A stretch of 64,000 nt of DNA from an uncultured Deinococcaceae bacterium (GTDB lineage Bacteria > Deinococcota > Deinococci > Deinococcales > Deinococcaceae), in assembly GCA_964252075.1 (NCBI GenBank), contig CAXULY010000002.1, positions 160,001-224,000 on the forward strand, read 5' to 3'. The position numbers were made by a program, and so were the translations under genes. Under the pieces are notes generated by a model, which made no database searches, was not told the origin of the DNA, and saw nothing but the letters and a program-made list of their open reading frames with translations. Below are positions 24,886 through 33,979 of this stretch, one piece after another (positions within the stretch are counted from its first letter, which is position 1; each line of letters opens with the position of its first letter).

Positions 24886-26112
24886 TCACGCGCCGGGGAG
24901 CAGCACATGAAACGCCGCGCCGCAACCCACCTGACCGTGCGCCCACACGCGCCCACCGTGGCGCTCCACGATGCGCTTGACGTTCAGGAGCCCCATCCCG
25001 ATCCCCTCGAAGTCCTCCTGGCGGTGCAGGCGCGAGAAAGCCGTGAAGAGCCGCGGCGCGTACTTCGGGTCGAAGCCCGCGCCGTTGTCCCGCACGGTGA
25101 TGACCCACGCGTCCCGCTGGCGCGCGCAGCTCAGCTCCACGCGCGCGCACTCGGTGCCCCGCGTGTACTTGGTGGCGTTCGACAGCAGGTTCTCGAACAC
25201 CAGGGTCAGCAGGTCCCGGTCGCCCTGCACGCACGGCAGGTCCTCCATCAGGAACACCACGTCACGGCCCTCACGCCCGTTGGCGAGCGAACCCCACACC
25301 TGCTCCACCAGGGCGTTCAGGTGCACGGGCCCGAAGTCGAGGCGCGCGCTGGAGGTGCGCGACAGCGCCAGCAGCCGCTCGATCATGCGGCTCATGCGGT
25401 CCGCCGCCGCGTCGAGGTGCGCGTGCAAGGTGCGCTCGCGCTCCGTCTGCTGGACGCCGCGCTCGCGGCGCAGCAGGTTCAGGAAGCCCGTCACGTGCCG
25501 CACAGGCGCGCGCAGGTCGTGCGCGAGCGTGGACGCGAACAGGTCCAGCTCGTGGTTCGCGTCCTGCAGGGCCGCCGTGCGCGTCCCCACCGCCGCCTCC
25601 ACCTCGGCGGTCAGGTCCCGCTGGCGTTCCTCCGCGCGCTTGCGGGCGCTGACCTCCTCGTGCACGACGACCGCGTGAGAGGGCAGCGCGCCCCGCCCAG
25701 CGACGGGTGTGACGCGCGCGAGGTACCACGCGCGCCGCTCCGGGCTGTGGCACGGGTACTCCAGGCTGAAGGCCGGGAGGGTGCCGCGCAGCACCCCGCG
25801 CAGGCCCGCCGCCAGGTCCAGCGCTTCCGACGGCACCGCCGGACTGGCCGCGTCACACACCTGGAGGTAATTGGCACCCACGCCGCAGCGGTGCGCCTGC
25901 CCGCCGCCCCGCCCCATGAAGGCCAGCCACGCGGCGTTCACCGCCACGATGGTGCCTTGCGGGTCCACGACGCAGGTGGCGGTGCTGAGGGCGTCCAGAA
26001 GCGCCTGCGGCAGGAGCGCGGGCAGCGGGTCGGATAGGGGCAGGGCGAGGGCGTGGCGCATGGGTGAGGGGCGGGCCTCCGCCCACGTGCCTTCAGGTGT
26101 ATCAGAGCGCAC
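24886..26112 (-). CDS. PAS-domain sensor histidine kinase
   Basis: AHDLRAP H-box, NLLSNATKY, DNGAGF, GIGMGL; N-terminal PAS (VNAAW..F, LEYPCH). Confidence 0.9.
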   Translation of the reverse strand: MRSDTPEGTWAEARPSPMRHALALPLSDPLPALLPQALLDALSTATCVVDPQGTIVAVNAAWLAFMGRGGGQAHRCGVGANYLQVCDAASPAVPSEALDLAAGLRGVLRGTLPAFSLEYPCHSPERRAWYLARVTPVAGRGALPSHAVVVHEEVSARKRAEERQRDLTAEVEAAVGTRTAALQDANHELDLFASTLAHDLRAPVRHVTGFLNLLRRERGVQQTERERTLHAHLDAAADRMSRMIERLLALSRTSSARLDFGPVHLNALVEQVWGSLANGREGRDVVFLMEDLPCVQGDRDLLTLVFENLLSNATKYTRGTECARVELSCARQRDAWVITVRDNGAGFDPKYAPRLFTAFSRLHRQEDFEGIGMGLLNVKRIVERHGGRVWAHGQVGCGAAFHVLLPGA

Positions 26113-26383
26113 ACTCGAACGCCAGAACGCAGCAGACCTTCCACCTGAAGCAAAAGTTCATGCTGCCCCCGCGTGGACCGGGAGACGGCCAATCGATCCT
26201 CAAGCCAGGGTGGTGGCGTGGCCTCCGCCTGTCGGGAGCACCAGAAGCCCTGCCGCTCCCTGCAGCCAAGCTGCAACAAAACGGCGCGCGGCCTCAGGGC
26301 GTCCAGCGCCCTTTCAGTGATGAGCTTTGCCTCAAGGAGGCCCACGCGTGCGTGCGGTACGGTGGGGCCACCGGGAGGGCCCC

Positions 26384-27307
26384 ATGACGAAGGCACCGAA
26401 GGAAGCGCGCCGTTACGACCGTAGCGTTGACCCCGCCGAACAGCTCATTGACCGGCAGGCGTGGCTGGACGGCCTCGCTGTGCCCCTCCAGAAGCGCGTC
26501 GGGAAGGTCTTCCAGTCTGGCGGGACCGTCACGAAGCGCATTGAGGACGCCCTGCACGGCGTGCCGATCGGCACGCCCCTCCATCCGATTCTCGTGACCA
26601 TCCCCATCGGGGCGTGGACGGTGGTGGGCGTGCTGGACGCCATGGAGCTCCTGGGTCGCCGGGACGTGCGCGCGGGCGCGGACATCGCGGTGCAGGTGGG
26701 CATCGTGGGCGCCGCGCTGTCGGCCATCACGGGCATCACGGACTGGTACCAGGTCGGGGAGTTCAAGATGAAGCGCCGCGTGGGGCTGGTGCACGGCGCG
26801 CTGAACGGCACGGCGCTCCTCATGTACGTCGCGTCCAGCGTGCTGCGCGCGCGCGGCTCGCGCGCCGCCGCCCGCAACCTGAGCTGGGCGGCCTTTGCGC
26901 TGTCCGGCGCGAGCGCGCACCTCGGCGGGACGCTGGTGTACAAGGAAGGCCAGGGCGTGTCGCACGTCGTGGACGTGCAACCGCCCGAGGACTTCACGCC
27001 CGCGCTCCCGGAGGCGGACCTCCGCGACGGTCAGCCTGCGCGCGGCGTGACGGGCGACGTGCCGGTCGTGGTGGTGCGGCAGGAGGGCGAGGTGCACGCG
27101 CTCGCCGAGCGCTGCGCGCACCTGGGTGGGCCGCTCGCGGAAGGCACCGTGGAGGGCGGGGGCATCCGCTGCCCCTGGCACGGCTCGCGCTTCCGCCTGC
27201 GCGACGGCATGGTGCTGGACGGCCCGTCGGCGCACGCGCAACCGTGCTTCTTCGCGCGCGTGCGCGACGGTCAGGTGGAAGTTCAGCCCGCCCGCACTTG
27301 GGACTGA
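26384..27307 (+). CDS. Membrane (DUF2231-like) + Rieske 2Fe-2S fusion protein
   Basis: PLHPILVTIPIGAW, TGITDW, HLGGTLVY; C-terminal CAHLGGPL...CPWHGS. Confidence 0.85.
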   Translation: MTKAPKEARRYDRSVDPAEQLIDRQAWLDGLAVPLQKRVGKVFQSGGTVTKRIEDALHGVPIGTPLHPILVTIPIGAWTVVGVLDAMELLGRRDVRAGADIAVQVGIVGAALSAITGITDWYQVGEFKMKRRVGLVHGALNGTALLMYVASSVLRARGSRAAARNLSWAAFALSGASAHLGGTLVYKEGQGVSHVVDVQPPEDFTPALPEADLRDGQPARGVTGDVPVVVVRQEGEVHALAERCAHLGGPLAEGTVEGGGIRCPWHGSRFRLRDGMVLDGPSAHAQPCFFARVRDGQVEVQPARTWD

Positions 27308-27389
27308 GCCCCGGCGGCAGTAAAGGCGTGCAAGCCGCGGATGTGCGCCGCGCGGGTCAAGTGTTCAGGGACGGCACCATGCCGGGGGC

Positions 27390-28001
27390 GTGAGCGTAGA
27401 CTCGGGCATGTCCCTGCGCGCGAACTGGCTGACCCTGTCGCGCTTCGCGCTGGGGTTGCTGTTCGCGGTGTGCTTCCGCGTGGGGGACACGCGCGCCCTG
27501 ATCGTGTCCCTCGTGCTGCTGGTCCTGATGGGCCTCAGTGACGTGCTGGACGGGTACATCGCGCGGCGCACGAACAGCGGCAGCCGCGTGGGGGAACTCA
27601 TTGATTCCGTTGCGGACGGCTTCGCGCGCTTCACGGCCTTCATCGTGTTCCTGGACGCGCGCCTGATTCCGGTGTGGATGATCCTGGTGATCTTCTGGCG
27701 GGACCTGATCTCGTGGGCGCTGCGCTTCATGGACCTTGGCGAGGGCCGCGACGAGGTGCACAAGCGCCTGTCCGGCAAGGTGAACGGCGCCGCGCAGAGC
27801 GCCGCCATCGGGGTGACGGTGCTGGCGCTGCTGTGGTCCGCCGTGCGGGGGAGCGGCGCGCCATCCCAGCTGATCGCGGGGGTGACGCTCCTGGGGACGC
27901 TCACGGCGGCGTGGTCGAGTGTGGACCTGCTGTTCGTGTACCGCGCGACCCTGCGGCGCTTCACGGGCGCGCGGCCCGGACGGCGCCCCGCGGACGACTG
28001 A
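27390..28001 (+). CDS. CDP-alcohol phosphatidyltransferase family protein
   Basis: NWLTLSR; DVLDGYIARR...GELIDSVAD signature. Confidence 0.88.
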   Translation: MSVDSGMSLRANWLTLSRFALGLLFAVCFRVGDTRALIVSLVLLVLMGLSDVLDGYIARRTNSGSRVGELIDSVADGFARFTAFIVFLDARLIPVWMILVIFWRDLISWALRFMDLGEGRDEVHKRLSGKVNGAAQSAAIGVTVLALLWSAVRGSGAPSQLIAGVTLLGTLTAAWSSVDLLFVYRATLRRFTGARPGRRPADD

Positions 28002-28183
28002 CCCCCAACCCGGACCTTCCGGCGTTTCTGTTCAAACGGTGAAGGGCGGTTGGGAATTGGGCGCTCCCCCGTCCGTTAAGCTCCAGGCGTCCCAGCGTCA
28101 CCACGGCGCACCGTGACCGCGCTCGCTGCCCGGCTTCACGTCGCGCCACCACCGCATGCCCCTGTTCCTGGAGGTGGTGTTCC

Positions 28184-30160
28184 CTGACCCGTTCAGTCCG
28201 TTCGGTCCCGTCCGTCAAGCGCGCGCTCCTGCCCGCCCTGCTGGGCCTCGCGCTGCTCGCCGGGTGCAACCCGGCGCCCTCGCCCGACCCGACCCCCACG
28301 CCCAGTCCGGCGCCCACGCCAGGACCCGCTCCCACACCCACGCCCGCACCGGCGCCAACCCCCACGCCAGCGCCCGGCCCGACCCCCTCTCCCACTCCGG
28401 CACCGGGGCCGACGCCCTCCCCCACCCCCAACCCGGTGAATCAGCCCGTCACGCTCACGTACCAGAACCCCCTCAGCATCACGAAGGCGGACGGCACGCG
28501 CGTGGAGTCCTGCGCGGACCCGTCCATCATTCAGGCGCGCACGGTCGGCGACACGAACTGGTACCTGTACTGCACCACCGACCCGCACAACAAACAGGAC
28601 CTGAACGGGCAGGGGCAGTTGAACTTTCACCTCATCAGCATCGCGAAGTCGCCGGACCTCGTGAACTGGACGTACGTGGGGGACGCCTTCAGTCAGAAGC
28701 CCAGCTGGGTGAAGGACGACGCGGGCCTGTGGGCGCCCGACATTGAGTTCCTGAACGGCATGTACCACCTGTACTACACCGCGAGCGACACGAAGGCGGG
28801 CGGCAGCGCCATCGGCGTGGCGGTCAGCGAAAGTCCTGCGGGACCGTGGGTGGACAGCGGCGCGCCCGTGGTGGAGCCGCAGGCCCCTCCCGGTGGGGCC
28901 GCCACGGACCGCCGCTGGGTGTACGACCCGGACGTGATCGTCGATCCAGGCGGGCAGCCCTGGATCTATTACGGCAGTTACTTCGGCGGCATTTCCGTGC
29001 GGCGCCTCAGCGCGGACGGGCTCACGAGTGACCCCGGCAGCCAGCAGGAGGTCGCGCTGGACAACCGGTACGAGGGCGCGCAGGTGGTGCGGCACGACGG
29101 CGCGTATTACCTGATGGCGTCCGCCACCAACTGCTGTAACGGCCCGCTGACCGGGTACAGCATCTTCGTGGGCCGCTCGGCGTCCCCCGCGGGGCCGTTC
29201 GTGGACCGCGACGGCGTGTCCCTCATGGACCCCCGCGTGGGCGGCACGCCCGTCATCAGCATGAACGGCAACCGCTTCGTGGGGCCCGGCCACAACGCCG
29301 TGTTCACGGACGCGGGCGGGCAGGACTGGACGGTGTACCACGCCGTGGACGTGAACGACCCGTACATCACGGTGGGCGGCATCAACAGACGCCCGGCGCT
29401 GATGGACCCCCTCGACTGGGTGAACGGCTGGCCGACGGTGCGGGGCGGACAGTGGGCGTCGGACGGCGTGATGCCCGCGCCCGCCGCGCAGGCCGGGCAG
29501 GTGAGCCAGTACGTGCGGCCCGCCCCGCCGCAGGACAACATCGGGCCGGTCCTGACCGCGTACAGCGACGACTTCGGCGCCGCGACCCTCGACCCGCGCT
29601 GGAGCTGGGTGCGCGAGCCGGACCCGGCCGTCGCGGGCCTGGACGCCGGCGCCTTCCGCTTCGACACCCAGGCGGCGGACCTGTACGTGGACAGCAACAA
29701 CGCCTCGGTGCTCACCGAGCAGGCGCCCGAGGGGGACTACGCGGTGGACGTGAAGCTGAACAGCAGCCTGCCGGACGCGGGCTGCTGCCAGAACTACGCG
29801 CAGGGCGGCCTGCTCATTTACGGCGACGATGACAACTTCATCAAGGTGGGCGTGGTGTCCATCTGGAACACCCGGCAGATCGAGTACGCCAAGGAAGTGA
29901 AGGACGTGCCAGCGAACTTTCCGCGTTACGGGAACACCGTGCTGGCCGCGCCGGGGCGCGACACGTGGCTGCGCATCGTGCGGCGCGCGGCGGGCGCGGG
30001 CGAGACGTACACCGGGTACTCCAGCCTGGACGGCGTGCACTGGACGCGGGGCGGCACGTGGACGCATGCGCTCGGGCGGGCGCGCATCGGGCTGTTCTCG
30101 ATGGGCGGGGCGGGCTTCACGAACCGCTTCGACAGCGTGACGGTCTACGGCCTGCAGTGA
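28184..30160 (+). CDS. GH43 glycoside hydrolase lipoprotein with a Pro/Thr linker and C-terminal beta-sandwich; probable CTG start
   Basis: ADPSI, WAPD, YDPD, YEG, GPGHN GH43 motifs; frame stays open upstream of 28436 through a PT linker and lipobox LLAGC; SD GGAGGT at 28170-28175. Confidence 0.85.
   Translation: MTRSVRSVPSVKRALLPALLGLALLAGCNPAPSPDPTPTPSPAPTPGPAPTPTPAPAPTPTPAPGPTPSPTPAPGPTPSPTPNPVNQPVTLTYQNPLSITKADGTRVESCADPSIIQARTVGDTNWYLYCTTDPHNKQDLNGQGQLNFHLISIAKSPDLVNWTYVGDAFSQKPSWVKDDAGLWAPDIEFLNGMYHLYYTASDTKAGGSAIGVAVSESPAGPWVDSGAPVVEPQAPPGGAATDRRWVYDPDVIVDPGGQPWIYYGSYFGGISVRRLSADGLTSDPGSQQEVALDNRYEGAQVVRHDGAYYLMASATNCCNGPLTGYSIFVGRSASPAGPFVDRDGVSLMDPRVGGTPVISMNGNRFVGPGHNAVFTDAGGQDWTVYHAVDVNDPYITVGGINRRPALMDPLDWVNGWPTVRGGQWASDGVMPAPAAQAGQVSQYVRPAPPQDNIGPVLTAYSDDFGAATLDPRWSWVREPDPAVAGLDAGAFRFDTQAADLYVDSNNASVLTEQAPEGDYAVDVKLNSSLPDAGCCQNYAQGGLLIYGDDDNFIKVGVVSIWNTRQIEYAKEVKDVPANFPRYGNTVLAAPGRDTWLRIVRRAAGAGETYTGYSSLDGVHWTRGGTWTHALGRARIGLFSMGGAGFTNRFDSVTVYGLQ
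28271..28435 (+). repeat. Low-complexity Pro/Thr/Ala/Ser linker repeats ([15 protein letters not shown]...)
   Basis: Imperfect CCN-ACN codon repeats in frame with the GH43 gene. Confidence 0.8.
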
Positions 30161-30170
30161 GGGCGTGAGG

Positions 30171-30202
30171 AGGGACGGCCCGCGTGCGGGCCGTCCCTTT
30201 TT
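30171..30202 (+). terminator. Rho-independent terminator
   Basis: AGGGACGGCCCGC-GT-GCGGGCCGTCCCT followed by a T run. Confidence 0.8.
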
Positions 30203-30205
30203 GCG

Positions 30206-30703
30206 TCACCAGGTGTCGCCGCCACCGGGTGGGGGCCACGCGCCGAGCATCTGGCGCAGCTGAATGACCTGCCCGAGGTGCACGGCGTTGTGTGTGACGT
30301 GCAGCACCAGCTCGTACCCGAGGGACTCGCCGGGCCGCACGGGGCGTGCGAGGTCCACCTCGAACACGAGGCGCTGGAACTCCTTGACGCCCGCCAGGAA
30401 GTCTGCGCGCAACGCGTCCCAGTCGTCCGGCCCGGTGGGCGGCCAGCCGCCCGCGGCGTGCTCGGGCGGCGTGGGCGCCTCGCCGCGCAGGAGGGCGTGC
30501 GTGAAGTCCTGCCAGAACCGCACGTGCGCGACGATCTCCGCGATGGTGTGCGGCGCACCGTCCACCCGGCGGCAGGCGTCCTGCGCGCTGAGGCCCACGA
30601 GCGCGCGGGTGGGCGGCACGAAGGGGCTCCCCTGGTCCAGCAGGCGGATCAGGGACGCGGGAGGGGGGCCTAGCAGCAGCGGCGCGGTGGTGTCGTCCGG
30701 CAT
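30206..30703 (-). CDS. DinB/YfiT family protein
   Basis: HTIAEIVAHV..W and HNAVHLGQV metal-binding His motifs; leaderless TACAAT-6nt-ATG. Confidence 0.85.
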   Translation of the reverse strand: MPDDTTAPLLLGPPPASLIRLLDQGSPFVPPTRALVGLSAQDACRRVDGAPHTIAEIVAHVRFWQDFTHALLRGEAPTPPEHAAGGWPPTGPDDWDALRADFLAGVKEFQRLVFEVDLARPVRPGESLGYELVLHVTHNAVHLGQVIQLRQMLGAWPPPGGGDTW

Positions 30704-30753
30704 GCCCGGATTGTACGGGCTGGGGCGGCCCGACGGGACCGCCCCAGCCCGCC

Positions 30754-33700
30754 TTAGGTGTCCTCGCGCACGGCGCGGCGCGCGGGCGGGGGGCGCGGCA
30801 CCGTGCGGGGCGGGCGCGCCTCCAGTTCCGCGAGGACCAGCGCGACCGCCCGCTCCAGCTGCGGGTCGCCGCCCTCGATGACGGCCTTGGGCGTCATCTC
30901 GACCTCCACGTCCGGCGTGACGCCCTCGTTCTCCACCTCCCAGGCGCCGTCCGGGCTGAAGATCGCGAGGCGCGGCGACGTGAAGAAGCCCCCGTCGCGC
31001 AGCACCGGGTAATCGTAAATGCCGATCAGGCCGCCCCACGTGCGCTTGCCCACCACGGGGCCCAGCCCGCGCCGCTGGAAGAACAGCGGGAGGGCGTCGC
31101 CGCCGGAGCCCGCGAGTTCGTTGATGACCATGGCTTTCGGGCCGAAGATGCTGGCGTTCGGGCTCGCGAACGGCTGGCCCTCACGCGTCGCCCAGTAACT
31201 CAGGAGCGGGCGGTCCAGCAGGTCCACCACGTAGTCCGCGACGGACCCGCCGCCGTTGTAGCGCTCGTCCAGCACCACGCCCTGCCTGCCGAGCTGCGAG
31301 AAGTAATCGCGGTTGAAGGCGTCGTAGCCCCAGCGCGCGGTGTCCGCCATGTAGATGTACGCGAGGCGCCCGCCGGACAGCGCATCCACGCGGCGGCGGT
31401 TGTCCTCCACCCACGACCAGTGCCGCAGGCGCGCCTCGCTGTCGATGGGGCGCACCGTGACGGTGCGGGCGTCCGCGTCGCTGGTGGTGGGGCCCACCCG
31501 CAGGTCCGTCACGCGGTTCGCGGTCTGCCCGAAGGCCTCGTACAGGTTCATGCTGGCGCGCACCGGGCGGCCGTTCACGGCGAGCAGGTACTCGCCCTCG
31601 CGAACGTTCACGCCGGGTTCCGTGAGGGGCGCGCGCAGTTCCGGGCGCCAGTTCAGGCCGCGGTACACGCGCGTGATGCGGTAGTGCCCGTCCTGCAGCG
31701 CGTAGTCCGCGCCGAGCAGGCCCACCTGCTCGGGCGTGGGTTTCGGCTGGTCCCCGCCGCCCACGTAGGCGTGCCCCGCGACGAGCTCACCGGAAAGTTC
31801 CGCAAGGAGTGCGTTCAGGTCCTCGCGGTGCCCGACGTGCGGCAGGAACGCCGCGTACTTCTCGTACACGGCGGGCCAGTCGAGGCCGTGCAGGTCCGCG
31901 TCGTAGAAGTAATCGCGGTGGATGCGCCACGCCTCCCGGAAGATCTGCCGCCACTCCGCAGCGGGGTCCACGCGCACCTGCACGGCGCTCAGGTCCAGGC
32001 GGCCGTCCTCGGGTTTCGGCGGGGTATCGGTCCCCACGAGGGCGTAACTGCCGGGCTCGCGCCCCGCGTACAGCAGCTTCTGCCCGTTCGCGCTGACCCA
32101 GTAGTCGCGCACGCCCTCCAGGAACACGCTGGCGCTGCGTTTCTGCGCGTCGTAGGCGTGCAGCATGTACGTTTCGGGCGCGTCGTCGGTGGGGGCGCGC
32201 GCCTCCGTGCGGCGCTCCAGGTAGAACAGGCGGCCCTGCGCCACCTGCAGGTGGTGGTAATCGCCGGGCGGGGTGGGGAGCGCGAGGGTGCGCTCCGCGA
32301 GGCCCTCCACGTCCACGCGGGTGGCCTCGGGCGCGGCGCCCTCCCCGATGCCTGCGGGTGAGCCGGGCGCTTCCTCGTCGCTTTCCGGCGCGAGCGGTGA
32401 GGGGTCGTCGCGGCGCAGGACCGTGACGTACAGGTTGCGCGTGACGGGCCGCTCGTAGGAGGTCATGTCGAGCCAGCCGGTGTTCAGGCCGTAATTCACG
32501 CTCGCCGCGAAGTACAGCAGGCGCCCGTCCGGGCTGAAGCGCGCGCTGATCGCGTCGCTCGCGCCGTCACTCAGCTGGTGCGTCTCGCGCCGCGCGAGGT
32601 CGTGCAGGAACACCGCGCGCAGGTGGTTGGGGAGGCGGCGCGTGTACGTGAGCCACTGCCCGTCCGGGGACCACGCGGGGTCCAGGCTGCGCTCGGGGTG
32701 GTCGTAGGTGTCGGTGTCCACACGCGTGACTTCGCCCGTGTCGAGCGTGACGTACGAGAGGTTCAGGGCCTTGTCGGTGAAGGCGATGCGCGCGCCGTCC
32801 GGGGACCACAGCGGCGCGTGGTAGAAGGACGGCGTGCCGAGCGGGTAGCGGCGGCGCACCTCGCCCTTCTGGTCCGCGACGACCAGTTCGTACTCGCCGC
32901 GCTCGTCGGAGAAGTACGCGATGGCCTGACCGTCCGGGGACCACGCGGGGTCGCGCGCGGCGCTGCCGGAGTCGCTGGTGATCACGCGCGCGTCGCCCTT
33001 GCTGGCGGGCACCGTGAGCACCGTGCCGCGCGCCGCGAACACCGCGCGCGCGCCCGTCGGGGAGAGGCCGCTCGCGGTGATGAAGGGCGCGGCGGGCACG
33101 AGGCGGGGGCGGCGCGCGGGGTAGTCGGCGTCCAGGGTGATGCTCAGCGCCTCGCCCTGGTCCTCGCCGGGCGTGAGGCGGTGCAGGCGCCCGCCCTGCT
33201 CGTACACCAGCGCGTCCGGCCCGGCGCTGAGCGAGCGGACGTCGAAATCGTCGTGGAAGGTCAGCTGCGTGACCTCACCCTGCGCCTCGTCCAGGCGAAA
33301 GACGTTCACGGTGCCGCGGCGGTCGGACAGGAAGTGCAGCGCGCCGTTCAGCCAGCACGGGAAGGTGTCCGTGGCGTTCTCGTGCGGCACGACCGTGTGC
33401 TCCAGGGTGTGCAGGTCCAGCAGCCAGATGGGCACCGTCATGCCGCCCCTGTAGCGTTTCCAGGACCACCACGGCTCCCCGAAGGGCGTGTACGCGATGC
33501 GCCGCCCGTCCGCGCTGATCGCGCCGCGCTCCGCGGTGGGCATGGGGAGCGCCGTGGGGTGATCGCCGTCCAGCGGCATGGTGAACAGCTGCTGCACGCG
33601 CGCGCTGACGGACGCGCGGGCGGAGGCGAACAGCACCTGCCCGTCGGGCGTCCAGCCGCGCACGTGGTCGTTGCCCGGGTGGAAGGTGAGGCGGCGGGGC

Positions 33701-33966
33701 GGCCCGCCCGCAGTGGGCATCACGTACACGCTCATGCTGCCCGAGTCGTTCCCGGAGAACGCGAGGTGCTGACCGTCCGGCGAGAACGCGAGGGCCGTCT
33801 TGTACCCACTGGTGGCGGTGAGGCGGCGCGCGCGCTGGCCGTCCTGGTCGGCCAGCCACACGTCCCCAGCGTGAATGAAGGCGAGGTGGTGGGCGCTGAG
33901 GGTGGGCTGCTTCAGGAGCAGCGTCCCCGCGGCCTGGGGGGCAGTGGGCATGGCGTCATTAAACAC
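30754..33966 (-). CDS. Tricorn protease homolog (S41, beta-propellers + PDZ)
   Basis: FSPDG/WSPDG repeats, WKRYRGG, DERYNGGG, GSGGD catalytic Ser, GKRTWGG, ENEGVTPD; no signal peptide seen. Confidence 0.93.
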   Translation of the reverse strand: MFNDAMPTAPQAAGTLLLKQPTLSAHHLAFIHAGDVWLADQDGQRARRLTATSGYKTALAFSPDGQHLAFSGNDSGSMSVYVMPTAGGPPRRLTFHPGNDHVRGWTPDGQVLFASARASVSARVQQLFTMPLDGDHPTALPMPTAERGAISADGRRIAYTPFGEPWWSWKRYRGGMTVPIWLLDLHTLEHTVVPHENATDTFPCWLNGALHFLSDRRGTVNVFRLDEAQGEVTQLTFHDDFDVRSLSAGPDALVYEQGGRLHRLTPGEDQGEALSITLDADYPARRPRLVPAAPFITASGLSPTGARAVFAARGTVLTVPASKGDARVITSDSGSAARDPAWSPDGQAIAYFSDERGEYELVVADQKGEVRRRYPLGTPSFYHAPLWSPDGARIAFTDKALNLSYVTLDTGEVTRVDTDTYDHPERSLDPAWSPDGQWLTYTRRLPNHLRAVFLHDLARRETHQLSDGASDAISARFSPDGRLLYFAASVNYGLNTGWLDMTSYERPVTRNLYVTVLRRDDPSPLAPESDEEAPGSPAGIGEGAAPEATRVDVEGLAERTLALPTPPGDYHHLQVAQGRLFYLERRTEARAPTDDAPETYMLHAYDAQKRSASVFLEGVRDYWVSANGQKLLYAGREPGSYALVGTDTPPKPEDGRLDLSAVQVRVDPAAEWRQIFREAWRIHRDYFYDADLHGLDWPAVYEKYAAFLPHVGHREDLNALLAELSGELVAGHAYVGGGDQPKPTPEQVGLLGADYALQDGHYRITRVYRGLNWRPELRAPLTEPGVNVREGEYLLAVNGRPVRASMNLYEAFGQTANRVTDLRVGPTTSDADARTVTVRPIDSEARLRHWSWVEDNRRRVDALSGGRLAYIYMADTARWGYDAFNRDYFSQLGRQGVVLDERYNGGGSVADYVVDLLDRPLLSYWATREGQPFASPNASIFGPKAMVINELAGSGGDALPLFFQRRGLGPVVGKRTWGGLIGIYDYPVLRDGGFFTSPRLAIFSPDGAWEVENEGVTPDVEVEMTPKAVIEGGDPQLERAVALVLAELEARPPRTVPRPPPARRAVREDT

Positions 33967-33979
33967 CGCGCGGCGCGCC

